64,000 bases of DNA from a virus (Duplodnaviria; Heunggongvirae; Uroviricota; Caudoviricetes): IMG/VR virus record IMGVR_UViG_3300007177_000114; one strand, given 5' to 3'. Below, piece after piece: positions 48,958 to 58,329 of the stretch. A program made the translations under genes and the position numbers. The notes under the pieces are model-generated. The model ran no database searches, was not told the origin of the DNA, and saw nothing but the letters and a program-made list of their open reading frames with translations. Each line of letters opens with the position of its first letter. The stretch's first letter is position 1.

Positions 48958-50685
48958 ATGCGCTTATTCGGCTTCGAGTTTAGTAGAAAAGTTGAAACTG
49001 ATACAATTGCTCCATCATTTGCACCGAAAGAGGCTGATGATGGAGCACTCATCGTTGCCGCAGGTGGTGCTTATGGGACTTATATTGACCTAGACGGCAC
49101 TGTTAGAACCGAAGCCGAATTAGTTACAAAATATAGAGAAATGTCATTACAACCTGAAATTGATGCTGCGGTTGATGAAATTATCAACGAATCAATTGAC
49201 ATTGGTGAAGATGAATTAGTTAGAATTATTCTAGATGATCTAGAAATTACAGAAAAAACTAAAAAAGCAATTCGTGATGAATTTAAAAATGTTTTAAATA
49301 TTTTAAATTTCAACGGTAAAGCTTATGAAATATATCGACGTTGGTATATTGATGGCAGACTTTATTATCACGTGATAATTGATGATAAAGATACAAAAGC
49401 AGGTATCAAAGAACTTAGATATATTGATCCAAGAAAAATTAGAAAAATTCGTGAAGTAAATAAAAGAAGAGTTCCTGGTGGTATTGGTAATGAAGCCGTA
49501 ATACCAAAGGTGCAAAACGAATATTTTATATTCAACGATAAAGGTTTTAATTACGGTAATAAGTCTGTTGGGCCTTCAACCACAGGTTTAAAAATTGCCA
49601 AAGATTCAATTGTTCACGTTGTGTCTGGTTTGACTGACACACAAGGAACAATGGTGTTATCATATCTCCACAAAGCAATTAAACCACTCAATCAGCTTAG
49701 AACTCTTGAAGATGCTTTAGTCATTTACAGACTTGCACGTGCACCTGAAAGAAGAATTTGGTATATTGACGTTGGTAATTTACCAAAAATGAAAGCGGAA
49801 CAATATGTCCGTGATATTATGGTAAAACATAAAAACAGATTAATTTACGATGGATCAACCGGAGAAGTCCGTGATGACCGTAAATTTATGACCATGCTTG
49901 AAGATTATTGGTTACCAAGAAGAGAAGGTGGTAAAGGGACTGAAGTTACCACATTACCTGGTGGTCAAACCCTTGGTGAAATGGATGACGTTCTATATTT
50001 CCAGAAAAAACTTTATGGTACATTAAATGTTCCAGTTAGCAGATTAAATTCAGATGCACTATTTTCCGTTGGTAGAGCTACTGAAATTACGAGAGATGAA
50101 GTAAAATTTGCTAAATTTATTACAAGACTGCGTGCTAGATTTGCTCAATTGTTTATGAGTCTACTTGAAAAACAATTGGTACTAAAACAAATTATGTCAA
50201 TTGAAGATTGGCAAAATATTGCTTCTGATATTAAATTTGATTTTGCAAAAGATAATTACTTTATGGAACTTAAAGATTCTGAAATTATTCAGAATCGTAT
50301 CCAACTAGTTCAGCAACTTGATGGCGCAAATATGGTAGGTAAATATTACTCACATGAATGGGTCAGAAAAGAAATTCTTAAGCAATCAGATGATATGATT
50401 GAAGAAATGGATGAACAGATGGATGAGGAATCCAAAGACCCTAGATGGAATATGGAAATGCTACAACCAACTGGGGATGAAGTACCTGCGCCTGGACAAG
50501 ATCCTCAAGTTACATCACAAGATTCTGCAAATTCTGATGAAGATTCCGGTGATGATAGCGCAAAGAAAATTCAGGATGCTCAAAAAACATATGATCGTCT
50601 AAGCAAAATGAAGCATAGAACAATACAAGATGAATCTAAATATCGTTCTGCTATACAAATTTTAGCAAGAAATAAAGGAAAATAG
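48958..50685 (+). CDS. gp20: Portal protein
   Basis: WYIDGRLYYH; LSYLHKAIKPLNQLRTLEDALVIYRLARAPERR; EDYWLPRREGGKGTE. Confidence 0.97.
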   Translation: MRLFGFEFSRKVETDTIAPSFAPKEADDGALIVAAGGAYGTYIDLDGTVRTEAELVTKYREMSLQPEIDAAVDEIINESIDIGEDELVRIILDDLEITEKTKKAIRDEFKNVLNILNFNGKAYEIYRRWYIDGRLYYHVIIDDKDTKAGIKELRYIDPRKIRKIREVNKRRVPGGIGNEAVIPKVQNEYFIFNDKGFNYGNKSVGPSTTGLKIAKDSIVHVVSGLTDTQGTMVLSYLHKAIKPLNQLRTLEDALVIYRLARAPERRIWYIDVGNLPKMKAEQYVRDIMVKHKNRLIYDGSTGEVRDDRKFMTMLEDYWLPRREGGKGTEVTTLPGGQTLGEMDDVLYFQKKLYGTLNVPVSRLNSDALFSVGRATEITRDEVKFAKFITRLRARFAQLFMSLLEKQLVLKQIMSIEDWQNIASDIKFDFAKDNYFMELKDSEIIQNRIQLVQQLDGANMVGKYYSHEWVRKEILKQSDDMIEEMDEQMDEESKDPRWNMEMLQPTGDEVPAPGQDPQVTSQDSANSDEDSGDDSAKKIQDAQKTYDRLSKMKHRTIQDESKYRSAIQILARNKGK

Positions 50686-50688
50686 TGA

Positions 50689-50898
50689 ATGTCTAATTAT
50701 GATATTACTGATCTAATAGCGTTTAGCTCACAACAGAGACCTGCGGAATTTGAAGCTGCATTTAATGATATTATCTCGTCTAAGCTAGAAACCGCTATCA
50801 ACGACAAAAAAATCGAAGTAGCTCAAAGAATGTTCAACAGAATTGAACAAGAAAAAATAGATATAGAGGATACGGAAGATGGCAAAAACGCTGAATGA
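50689..50898 (+). CDS. Small prohead core protein (gp67-like position)
   Basis: Acidic helical 69-aa protein after the portal gene. Confidence 0.55.
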   Translation: MSNYDITDLIAFSSQQRPAEFEAAFNDIISSKLETAINDKKIEVAQRMFNRIEQEKIDIEDTEDGKNAE

Positions 50899-51760
50899 TA
50901 TTTTAAAGGGAATTAAAGCTTCTAAAATAGTTCCTGGATCCACAGGTAAAGATCCCGGTGTTGATTATGCACCAAAAGCTAAAGCAGAACAAGATCTTGT
51001 GGCTAAGCACAAAACTGAAAAGCATGCTGATAGAGTCGGAAATGATGATGACGTTTATCAGGGTAAAACAGAATATGTTTTAAATAAAGCAACTGAAAAC
51101 CGTCATGGTTACACAGAAGATGAAGCCATGAAAGTCTACGAATCATTAGAAGAAGCTACTCAAAAGCAGATTAATGATAGAATGGATTCACTTATGGCTG
51201 CTAAAAAAGCAGAAAAAGCAGGTGATAAGAAAGCACAATACGGTCATATGGCTAACTATCATATGAAGTATGCTACACATTCTAAAAAGAGCACTGATAT
51301 TGCACACCACAAGTCTCAAGCTGAAAAATACAGATCTGCAGCCAAAGCATTTGAAGAAGAAACAAAATGCAATATGACTGAAGAAGGTAAATATTGTCCA
51401 GTACATGAAAATGCTGCATGCACAAAAACAATTAAAGAATCTCTTGCAGTACCACTTTTAGGTGGTGACGATGAATCTGCAGAAATGGCAAAGACACAAC
51501 TCAGAGCTCTTGCAAATAAAGCACTTGCTTTAGCAATGCATCTAAATGATGATCAAGTTGTTGAACCATGGGTTCAAGCCAAGATTGCAGTAGCTAAAGA
51601 CAATGTTACAGCTGTCCATGATTATATGCTTTATGGCGATCATGATAAACCAGAAAAAGAACAAACTGCACCATATGAAGGTGGCATCGACATGTCTGGT
51701 GCACCAAGAAATACATATCCAAGTTTCTCAGCTGATGTAAATACAGGAAGAAACGTCTAA
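50879..51760 (+). CDS. Prohead core / internal head protein (gp68-like position)
   Basis: K/E-rich; several (L/I/F)xE gp21-type cleavage sites; between portal and protease. Confidence 0.55.
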   Translation: MAKTLNDILKGIKASKIVPGSTGKDPGVDYAPKAKAEQDLVAKHKTEKHADRVGNDDDVYQGKTEYVLNKATENRHGYTEDEAMKVYESLEEATQKQINDRMDSLMAAKKAEKAGDKKAQYGHMANYHMKYATHSKKSTDIAHHKSQAEKYRSAAKAFEEETKCNMTEEGKYCPVHENAACTKTIKESLAVPLLGGDDESAEMAKTQLRALANKALALAMHLNDDQVVEPWVQAKIAVAKDNVTAVHDYMLYGDHDKPEKEQTAPYEGGIDMSGAPRNTYPSFSADVNTGRNV

Positions 51761-52005
51761 TGAATATCATTAAAGCTAGTGCTAATGCTTTTTCTGTTAC
51801 AACTGCAAATAGTGTAAATAACACAACTATACTATTTGTATCAACAACAGCTGCAGCACAGATCAATTTATATTCTAATTCCACTACACAATATGCTTCT
51901 TTTGTTCTTCCAGCAAATCAATATATTTTTGTACAAAAGAATCCAACAGATTTAATTTCAGCAAATACTGCCGTTAACGTTACACCATCGGCTTATAGAG
52001 GCTAA
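51760..52005 (+). CDS. Small hypothetical virion protein
   Basis: Coupled (TAATG); N/T/S-rich like external virion proteins. Confidence 0.55.
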   Translation: MNIIKASANAFSVTTANSVNNTTILFVSTTAAAQINLYSNSTTQYASFVLPANQYIFVQKNPTDLISANTAVNVTPSAYRG

Positions 52006-52006
52006 A

Positions 52007-52684
52007 ATGAAACTTATTTTAGAAGAATCAACAAACTTCGAATTTATTACAGAAGCTAAAGAAGATGGTTCCAAGGATCATTATATCCATGGTATTTTTC
52101 TTCAAGCAGATGTAAAAAATAGAAATGGTAGAGTCTATCCAATGTCCATCATGGAACGGGAAGTAGATCGCTATATGAATGAAGTTGTAAAAAATAATAG
52201 AGCTTATGGTGAACTTGGCCATCCTGCCGGACCACAAATTAATCTAGATAGAGTTTCACATATGATTACGGAACTCAAAAAAGATGGATCTAATTTCATT
52301 GGTAAAGCAAAACTTACAGATACACCAATGGGAAATATTGCTAAAGGATTACTCAAGTCTGGTGCTAATTTAGGTGTATCATCTCGTGGTATGGGCTCAC
52401 TAAAGCCAAATAAAATGGGAATTATGGAAGTTCAAAATGACTTTCGTTTAGCTACTGCTGCTGATATAGTAGCTGATCCTTCTGCACCAGATGCTTTTGT
52501 TAAAGGAATTATGGAAAATGTTGATTGGCTTTATGATCCTGTCAAAGATACATGGATTGAACAGAAATTGCATGAAACCAAAAAATCTATTAGAAAGATG
52601 TCCATGGACGAGCTTGAACATAATAAGTTTAGCATATTTGAGAGTTACATAAAGTCTCTCTCGTCAAAGAATAATCTTTTATAA
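52007..52684 (+). CDS. gp21: Prohead protease
   Basis: GIFLQA..KNRNGRVYP; GELGHP..PQINL.RVSH; GVSSRG.GSL. Confidence 0.96.
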   Translation: MKLILEESTNFEFITEAKEDGSKDHYIHGIFLQADVKNRNGRVYPMSIMEREVDRYMNEVVKNNRAYGELGHPAGPQINLDRVSHMITELKKDGSNFIGKAKLTDTPMGNIAKGLLKSGANLGVSSRGMGSLKPNKMGIMEVQNDFRLATAADIVADPSAPDAFVKGIMENVDWLYDPVKDTWIEQKLHETKKSIRKMSMDELEHNKFSIFESYIKSLSSKNNLL

Positions 52685-52687
52685 ATA
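52680..52687 (+). promoter_or_regulatory. T4-type late promoter for gp22
   Basis: Exact TATAAATA. Confidence 0.8.
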
Positions 52688-52713
52688 TTTCAAATCTTTT
52701 AGGGAGACCTTTA

Positions 52714-53760
52714 ATGTCAGACAAATTAGAAACTATTGATCAAGAAAATACAAACGTGCTTGATGAATCAGTTGCATCCGAAACTTTGAAGCCAGGATCA
52801 CGTTCCGTTGCAGATCCAAAATCAAAGATTGAAGCAATGACTTCAGTTATTGGTGCAATGCATTCAATGCGCAAAGATGATTTAACAAAGTGGTATACAC
52901 AAGCCATGGCTCTTATCGGTAAAGAAGCAGATAGTCTACCATCTGGTGCCAATGCAGATGCAAATGCTTCTTCAGTAGATATGAAGACCGGCAAGGGTCC
53001 AAAGACTCGTGATGCTATGCCAAAACTAAATGTTCGTGAAGATGTTGAAGAAATGTTTGACGGACAAGAACTATCAGAAGAATTTAAAGATAAAGCTTCT
53101 ACACTTTTTGAAGCAGCAGTAAATGCAAGACTCACACTTGAAGCAGCACGTCTTGAAGAACAATACGAAGCTAGACTTGAAGAAGAAGTTACAGAGATTG
53201 CAGAAGCTCTAGAAAAGAAGTTAGACACATATCTTGATTATGTGGTTGAGAATTGGATGAAAGAGAATGAAGTAGCTATTGAATCTTCTCTCCGCAACGA
53301 GATTATGGAAGAATTCATCGACGGACTAAAGGGTCTGTTCGCTGAACACTACATTGATATCCCAGAAGAAAAAATTGATGTAGTTGAAGAACTGGCCGCC
53401 AAAGTAGACGAGCTAGAAACAATGCTTGATGAATCCATCACTGAGAATGCAGAACTCAAAGTAATGGTAACCGAATCTAAGAAAGCAGACATTTTAGAAG
53501 AAATGGCTGGTGATCTTACTATGGTTCAAGCTGAAAAGTTTGCAGCACTCGCTGAGGGAATCGATTTCGATGGTGATATTGATTCTTATAGAAAGAAGCT
53601 GTCATATGTGAAAGAAACATATTTCTCAAAGAAGTCAACTCCAACCACAAATATTGAAGAAGAAACTTTTGAGAGTGAAACAATTACTGAGGGTGTAAAG
53701 TCTTACGACCCAGATGTCAGTAGATATGCTCAAGCAATCTCACGCACCGTTAAAAGATAA
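52714..53760 (+). CDS. gp22: Prohead scaffold / core protein
   Basis: ELSEEFKDKASTLFEAAV; LDYVVENWMKENEVAIE; precedes gp23. Confidence 0.93.
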   Translation: MSDKLETIDQENTNVLDESVASETLKPGSRSVADPKSKIEAMTSVIGAMHSMRKDDLTKWYTQAMALIGKEADSLPSGANADANASSVDMKTGKGPKTRDAMPKLNVREDVEEMFDGQELSEEFKDKASTLFEAAVNARLTLEAARLEEQYEARLEEEVTEIAEALEKKLDTYLDYVVENWMKENEVAIESSLRNEIMEEFIDGLKGLFAEHYIDIPEEKIDVVEELAAKVDELETMLDESITENAELKVMVTESKKADILEEMAGDLTMVQAEKFAALAEGIDFDGDIDSYRKKLSYVKETYFSKKSTPTTNIEEETFESETITEGVKSYDPDVSRYAQAISRTVKR

Positions 53761-53765
53761 AAATT

Positions 53766-53773
53766 TATAAATA
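53766..53773 (+). promoter_or_regulatory. T4-type late promoter for gp23
   Basis: Exact TATAAATA. Confidence 0.85.
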
Positions 53774-53806
53774 CAGATAACCTAACATAGAAAGGGAAAC
53801 TCTAAA

Positions 53807-55171
53807 ATGTATCTAGCTGAACAACTACAGAAGAAGTGGGGGGCCGTTCTCGACCACCAAGATCTTCCTTCAATTAAAGATGCTCACCGCCGTTCAGTCA
53901 CTGCGGTAGTTCTCGAAAACACACAGCGTGCTCTTCGTGAGTCTGCTGCTCACGGTCAATATCAAACTCTATTTGAAGCTGGTATTGCTCCTTCTCCGGT
54001 AAATGCTATCGGTAATCCAGACTCCACAAACGCTGGTGCAATCGACACTTTTGACCCAGTTCTTATCTCTCTAGTTCGTCGTGCAATGCCTAATTTGATT
54101 GCTTACGACATTTGCGGAACTCAGCCAATGACTGGTCCAACTGGACTTATCTTTGCAATGCGTTCTCGTTATAGCAACCAAGCTGGTGATGAAACCTTCT
54201 ACAATGAAGTTAATACATCTTTCAGCACAGTTGTTGCAGGCAACTCAACATTTGGTCAACAGTTTACCGGTACTATTCCTGGTCAAACTAACACCACACC
54301 ACTAGTAAATACCGCTGCTTATAATACAGGCTTTGGTATGCCAACTGCTACTGCCGAAGCTCTTGGTTCCAATAATTCTGGTGCAAGCGACTTTGCACAG
54401 ATGGCATTCTCAATTGAGAAGGTTACCGTTACTGCTAAGTCACGTGCTCTCAAGGCTGAATACACCATGGAACTAGCACAAGACCTTAAGGCTATTCATG
54501 GTCTAGATGCTGAAACCGAACTTGCAAATATTCTTTCAGCTGAAATTCTTGCTGAAATCAACCGTGAAGTTGTTCGTACAATTAACGTAACAGCTGTTGT
54601 TGGTGCACAAGACAATACCACAACTGCTGGTATCTTCGACCTTGATACCGACTCAAATGGCCGTTGGTCCGTTGAAAAGTTCAAGGGTCTAATGTTCCAG
54701 CTTGAACGTGAAGCTAACTATATTGCTCGTACAACTCGTCGTGGTAAGGGTAACATCGTTATCTGTTCTTCTGACGTCGCTTCAGCTCTACAGATGGCCG
54801 GTGTTCTAGATTACGCTCCTGCTCTAAATTCAAACAACCTACAGGTTGATGACACTGGTAATACTTTTGCTGGTATTCTCAATGGTCGCCTAAAGGTTTA
54901 CATTGATCCATACGCAATCGGTGGTAACTATCTAACTGTTGGTTATAAGGGTTCTTCTGCATTCGATGCAGGACTATTCTACTGCCCATATGTTCCTCTA
55001 CAGATGGTTCGTGCTGTTGATCAGCAGAGCTTCCAGCCAAAGATCGGCTTCAAGACTCGTTACGGAATGGTTGCAAATCCATTTGCACAAGGTATTACAG
55101 CTGGTAATGGTGCTCTCACCACCAACACCAACTACTACTACCGCAAGGTGATCGTAAATAACCTTATGTAA
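53807..55171 (+). CDS. gp23: Major capsid protein
   Basis: LVRRAMPNLIAYDICGTQPMTGPTGLIFAMR; YTMELAQDLKAIHGLDAE; FQPKIGFKTRYG. Confidence 0.98.
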   Translation: MYLAEQLQKKWGAVLDHQDLPSIKDAHRRSVTAVVLENTQRALRESAAHGQYQTLFEAGIAPSPVNAIGNPDSTNAGAIDTFDPVLISLVRRAMPNLIAYDICGTQPMTGPTGLIFAMRSRYSNQAGDETFYNEVNTSFSTVVAGNSTFGQQFTGTIPGQTNTTPLVNTAAYNTGFGMPTATAEALGSNNSGASDFAQMAFSIEKVTVTAKSRALKAEYTMELAQDLKAIHGLDAETELANILSAEILAEINREVVRTINVTAVVGAQDNTTTAGIFDLDTDSNGRWSVEKFKGLMFQLEREANYIARTTRRGKGNIVICSSDVASALQMAGVLDYAPALNSNNLQVDDTGNTFAGILNGRLKVYIDPYAIGGNYLTVGYKGSSAFDAGLFYCPYVPLQMVRAVDQQSFQPKIGFKTRYGMVANPFAQGITAGNGALTTNTNYYYRKVIVNNLM

Positions 55172-55208
55172 TATGAACTTTTTATAGTCATACGACTATA
55201 AAATAAAA

Positions 55209-55236
55209 AAACCCCGGAGGGAAACTTCCGGGGTTT
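55209..55236 (+). terminator. Intrinsic terminator after gp23 (possibly bidirectional)
   Basis: aaaccccggagg-GAAA-cttccggggttt: 12-bp stem with one G-U pair, GNRA loop, A-tract before and T-rich tail after. Confidence 0.85.
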
Positions 55237-55279
55237 AATTTTGTTCTAAAATAAATAGAAATAAAAGAGGTGTTTACCC

Positions 55280-55801
55280 ATGTCAATTGTTGATAACAGA
55301 CCAGAAAATATGAATTTTCTCTCACCACTGAACTTTAAGTTTCAGATTAAAAGAACACCTTCGTTGAACTTTTTTGTGCAAAAAGTAAATTTGCCTGGTA
55401 TGACTCTCCCAAATGTTGATGAAAATAATCCATTGATTCGTATCCCTTATTCTGGTGATCATTTACTTTTTGATGAGTTGATGGTTACATTTAAAGTAGA
55501 TGAAAATTTAACAAATTATATGGAAATACACAATTGGCTTAGAGCATTAGGCAAGCCTTCATTTCAAGAATATAAAAATCTGAAATCAAAGTATACTTAC
55601 ACAGGTGAATCAATTTATTCAGATATTTCACTATCAATTCTTACCAGCAATAAAAATCCTAATTATGAAGTTTTATTTACAGATGCATTTCCAATTTCAC
55701 TAACTGGTATTGATTTTACAACTACAGCAGAGGATATTTCATATCTAGAAGCAACTGCAACTTTTAAATATGTAATCTATACTATCAAAAAAACAAGTTG
55801 A
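55280..55801 (+). CDS. gp3: Tail tube terminator / sheath stabiliser
   Basis: NFLSPLNFKFQI...NFFVQKVNLPG; FKVDENL.NY.EIHNWL; FTDAFPISL..I.F. Confidence 0.9.
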   Translation: MSIVDNRPENMNFLSPLNFKFQIKRTPSLNFFVQKVNLPGMTLPNVDENNPLIRIPYSGDHLLFDELMVTFKVDENLTNYMEIHNWLRALGKPSFQEYKNLKSKYTYTGESIYSDISLSILTSNKNPNYEVLFTDAFPISLTGIDFTTTAEDISYLEATATFKYVIYTIKKTS

Positions 55802-55826
55802 CAATTGTTCTAATTTAGTTTATAAT
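55798..55826 (+). promoter_or_regulatory. Perfect sigma70-type early promoter for uvsY-uvsW
   Basis: TTGACA-N17-TATAAT at the late/early boundary. Confidence 0.85.
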
Positions 55827-55842
55827 ATACCATTAATGATTA

Positions 55843-56289
55843 ATGGAGATATATGTGAACTTTGAAGAACTTTTTAATGAATGGGAAAAAGATAGCAATA
55901 TTGATAAAACCAAATTAGATGATGAATCCCTAAGAATTACAAAACTTCATCACAAATATTACAAATTCTTTATTGCTGAAAGATCTAAATTTAAACAACT
56001 TGAAGGTGAATTGAAGAAACTGAGACTAGAAAAAACAGAATTCTATACTCAAGGTCATAATGAAGAAACCAGAGCAAAAGGATGGAAACTTCCTGCAAAG
56101 GGTGTAATTATTAAATCTGATGTACCTATATATGTTGAAGCAGATCAAGATATTATTGATCTTACACTCAAGATTGGTATACAACAGGAAAAGATAGAAT
56201 TTCTGGAATCTATTATCAAGTCTCTAAATAATAGAGGATATAATATTAAAACTGCAGTTGAATTTATTAAATTTATGAATGGTTCGTGA
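55843..56289 (+). CDS. uvsY: Recombination mediator
   Basis: W.KDS.ID...LD.ES..I.KLH.KY; ESIIKSLNNRGYNIKTAVEF.KF.NG. Confidence 0.9.
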   Translation: MEIYVNFEELFNEWEKDSNIDKTKLDDESLRITKLHHKYYKFFIAERSKFKQLEGELKKLRLEKTEFYTQGHNEETRAKGWKLPAKGVIIKSDVPIYVEADQDIIDLTLKIGIQQEKIEFLESIIKSLNNRGYNIKTAVEFIKFMNGS

Positions 56290-57731
56290 TGGATAAAATA
56301 ACTATAAAAAAATATGATGAGGTCTATAATAGAATAGTCTGTGATCCTGGTATTGCCATGGAACTTGCAGATTATTTTACATTTGAAGTTCCTGGTGCTA
56401 AATTTATGCCATTGGTGCGTAATAAAGTATGGGATGGTAAAATAAGACTTTTAAATCCACTGACATGTTTATTATATGCAGGATTGACAGATGAAGTAGT
56501 CAAATTTTGCATAGCAAGAAAATATGAATATGATTTTGAAAATCTTCCCGGTGATGAAGAATTTTCTTTACATGAAGCACAAAAAAAGATTGAGTCTCTG
56601 GGGTTAACTAAAACACCAAGAGACTACCAAATGGATGCTTATGTACACGCAATACGAAAAAGAAGAGCAGTACTACTTTCACCTACTGCTTCGGGTAAAT
56701 CTTTAATCATTTATCTTATCACTAGACATTATAGTCAAAAGACTTTAATTATTGTGCCTACAACTTCATTGGTACATCAGATGGCTTCGGACTTTCAAGA
56801 ATATGGTCTAGAAGATGATTGTGTTCATAAGATTATGGGTGGTGAAGATAAGAATTCAAATAAACAAATATTTGTTTCTACCTGGCAAAGTATATACAAA
56901 CTTCCTCAAACTTGGTTTAATCAGTTTAACCTTGTAATTGGTGACGAAGCGCACCTTTTCAAGGCTAAATCGCTTACAACTATTATGACTAAACTTCCCA
57001 ATTGTAAATATCGTTATGGTTTCACCGGAACACTTGATGGTACTGAAACCAATAAATTAGTGCTTGAAGGTTTATTTGGACCTACTCGTAAAGTCACTAC
57101 AACTGCAGAACTCATGAGTAAGGGCACCGTTGCCCAACTTTTAATTAAAGCATTAGTTTTAAAATATTCAGATAATGATAGAAAATTAGTAAGTAAATAT
57201 GATTATCAAGGTGAACTAGATTTTATTGTATCAAATGACAAGAGAAATAAGTTTATAAAAAATCTTGTTCTTTCATTAAAGGGAAATACTTTAGTATTCT
57301 TTAATTTTGTAGATAAACACGGAAAAGTGCTTTACGACTTAGTCAAGTCAGAATGTAAAGACAGAAATGTACATTTTATTTCTGGTGATGTAAGTGCACT
57401 TGAAAGAGAAGAAATAAGAAAGTCGGTAGAAAATGATAGAAATTGTATTATTTTTGCTAGCTCTGGGACTAGTTCTACTGGTGTTAATATGGTAAATCTT
57501 CAAAATATAGTTTTTACTAGTCCATCAAAATCTAGAGTAAGAAATCTACAATCTATTGGTCGTGCTTTACGTAAATCAGAGACCAAAGTAAATGCAACTC
57601 TATACGATATTGCAGATGATTTAAATTGGAAATCCAAAAGAAATCACACATTAAATCATTTTATGGAAAGAATCAAGATTTATAACTCAGAGTCTTTTGA
57701 CTATAAAATATATAATATAGATCTAAACTAA
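56286..57731 (+). CDS. uvsW: SF2 DNA helicase
   Basis: PRDYQ, PTASGKS, VPTTSLV.QM, GDEAH, QSIGR.LR. Confidence 0.95.
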   Translation: MMDKITIKKYDEVYNRIVCDPGIAMELADYFTFEVPGAKFMPLVRNKVWDGKIRLLNPLTCLLYAGLTDEVVKFCIARKYEYDFENLPGDEEFSLHEAQKKIESLGLTKTPRDYQMDAYVHAIRKRRAVLLSPTASGKSLIIYLITRHYSQKTLIIVPTTSLVHQMASDFQEYGLEDDCVHKIMGGEDKNSNKQIFVSTWQSIYKLPQTWFNQFNLVIGDEAHLFKAKSLTTIMTKLPNCKYRYGFTGTLDGTETNKLVLEGLFGPTRKVTTTAELMSKGTVAQLLIKALVLKYSDNDRKLVSKYDYQGELDFIVSNDKRNKFIKNLVLSLKGNTLVFFNFVDKHGKVLYDLVKSECKDRNVHFISGDVSALEREEIRKSVENDRNCIIFASSGTSSTGVNMVNLQNIVFTSPSKSRVRNLQSIGRALRKSETKVNATLYDIADDLNWKSKRNHTLNHFMERIKIYNSESFDYKIYNIDLN

Positions 57732-57760
57732 CCTATATTTTACCTTTTCCTCAATTCCTT

Positions 57761-57788
57761 ATTATACATACATTATGAAAGTTGTCAA
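57761..57788 (-). promoter_or_regulatory. Sigma70-type promoter, antisense, at the gp55 start
   Basis: Minus strand: TTGACA (57788-57783), 16 nt, TATAAT (57766-57761). Confidence 0.55.
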
Positions 57789-58321
57789 CCATGAATCTTA
57801 CACCTAAGCCTAAAAAGCACTATGTTAATAATGCAGACTTTGTAATAGCATTAAATGAATATAAAGAAAAATTAAAAACTAATCCAAAAGCTAAAATACC
57901 AGATTATATTGGTATATGCATAAATGACATTTGCAATAAAATGGCGACAAGGCCTAATTTCTCAGGATATACTTTTAAAGATGAAATGATTGGTGATGCA
58001 TTAGAAAATTGTCTTGAAGCAGTTGGTAATTTTGATTCAGAGAAATCAATTGCTCGTTCTAGAACATCAACTGTCAATGCTTTTGGTTATTTTAGCTGGA
58101 TTGCATGGAATGCATTTATTAGAAGAATAGCTAAAGAAAAAAAGCAAACATATATCAAATATAAAAACATGCAGAATCTATATATATTTGATGAATTTAC
58201 ATCTATTGATCCTTATAATAATGAAGCAACAAATCAGATTATCGAAGACTTCGAATCCAAGTTGACAAAGTCAAAAAAGAATAGTATAATAGGTATAGAA
58301 AAATTTGTTGACAACGATTAA
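57782..58321 (+). CDS. gp55: Late transcription sigma factor (true start may be ATG 57791)
   Basis: HYVNNADF; RPNFSGYTFKDEMIGDA.ENC; NAFGYFS.I.WNAF.RRI.KEKKQ. Confidence 0.93.
   Translation: MSTMNLTPKPKKHYVNNADFVIALNEYKEKLKTNPKAKIPDYIGICINDICNKMATRPNFSGYTFKDEMIGDALENCLEAVGNFDSEKSIARSRTSTVNAFGYFSWIAWNAFIRRIAKEKKQTYIKYKNMQNLYIFDEFTSIDPYNNEATNQIIEDFESKLTKSKKNSIIGIEKFVDND
58262..58290 (+). promoter_or_regulatory. Perfect sigma70-type promoter for gp47-gp46
   Basis: TTGACA-N17-TATAAT inside the gp55 3' end. Confidence 0.8.
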
Positions 58322-58329
58322 GGATTTTT

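Noticed and set aside
52740-53228. 162-aa Ser-rich minus-strand ORF
   Set aside because: It is the antisense shadow of the Glu-rich gp22, with no RBS or promoter.
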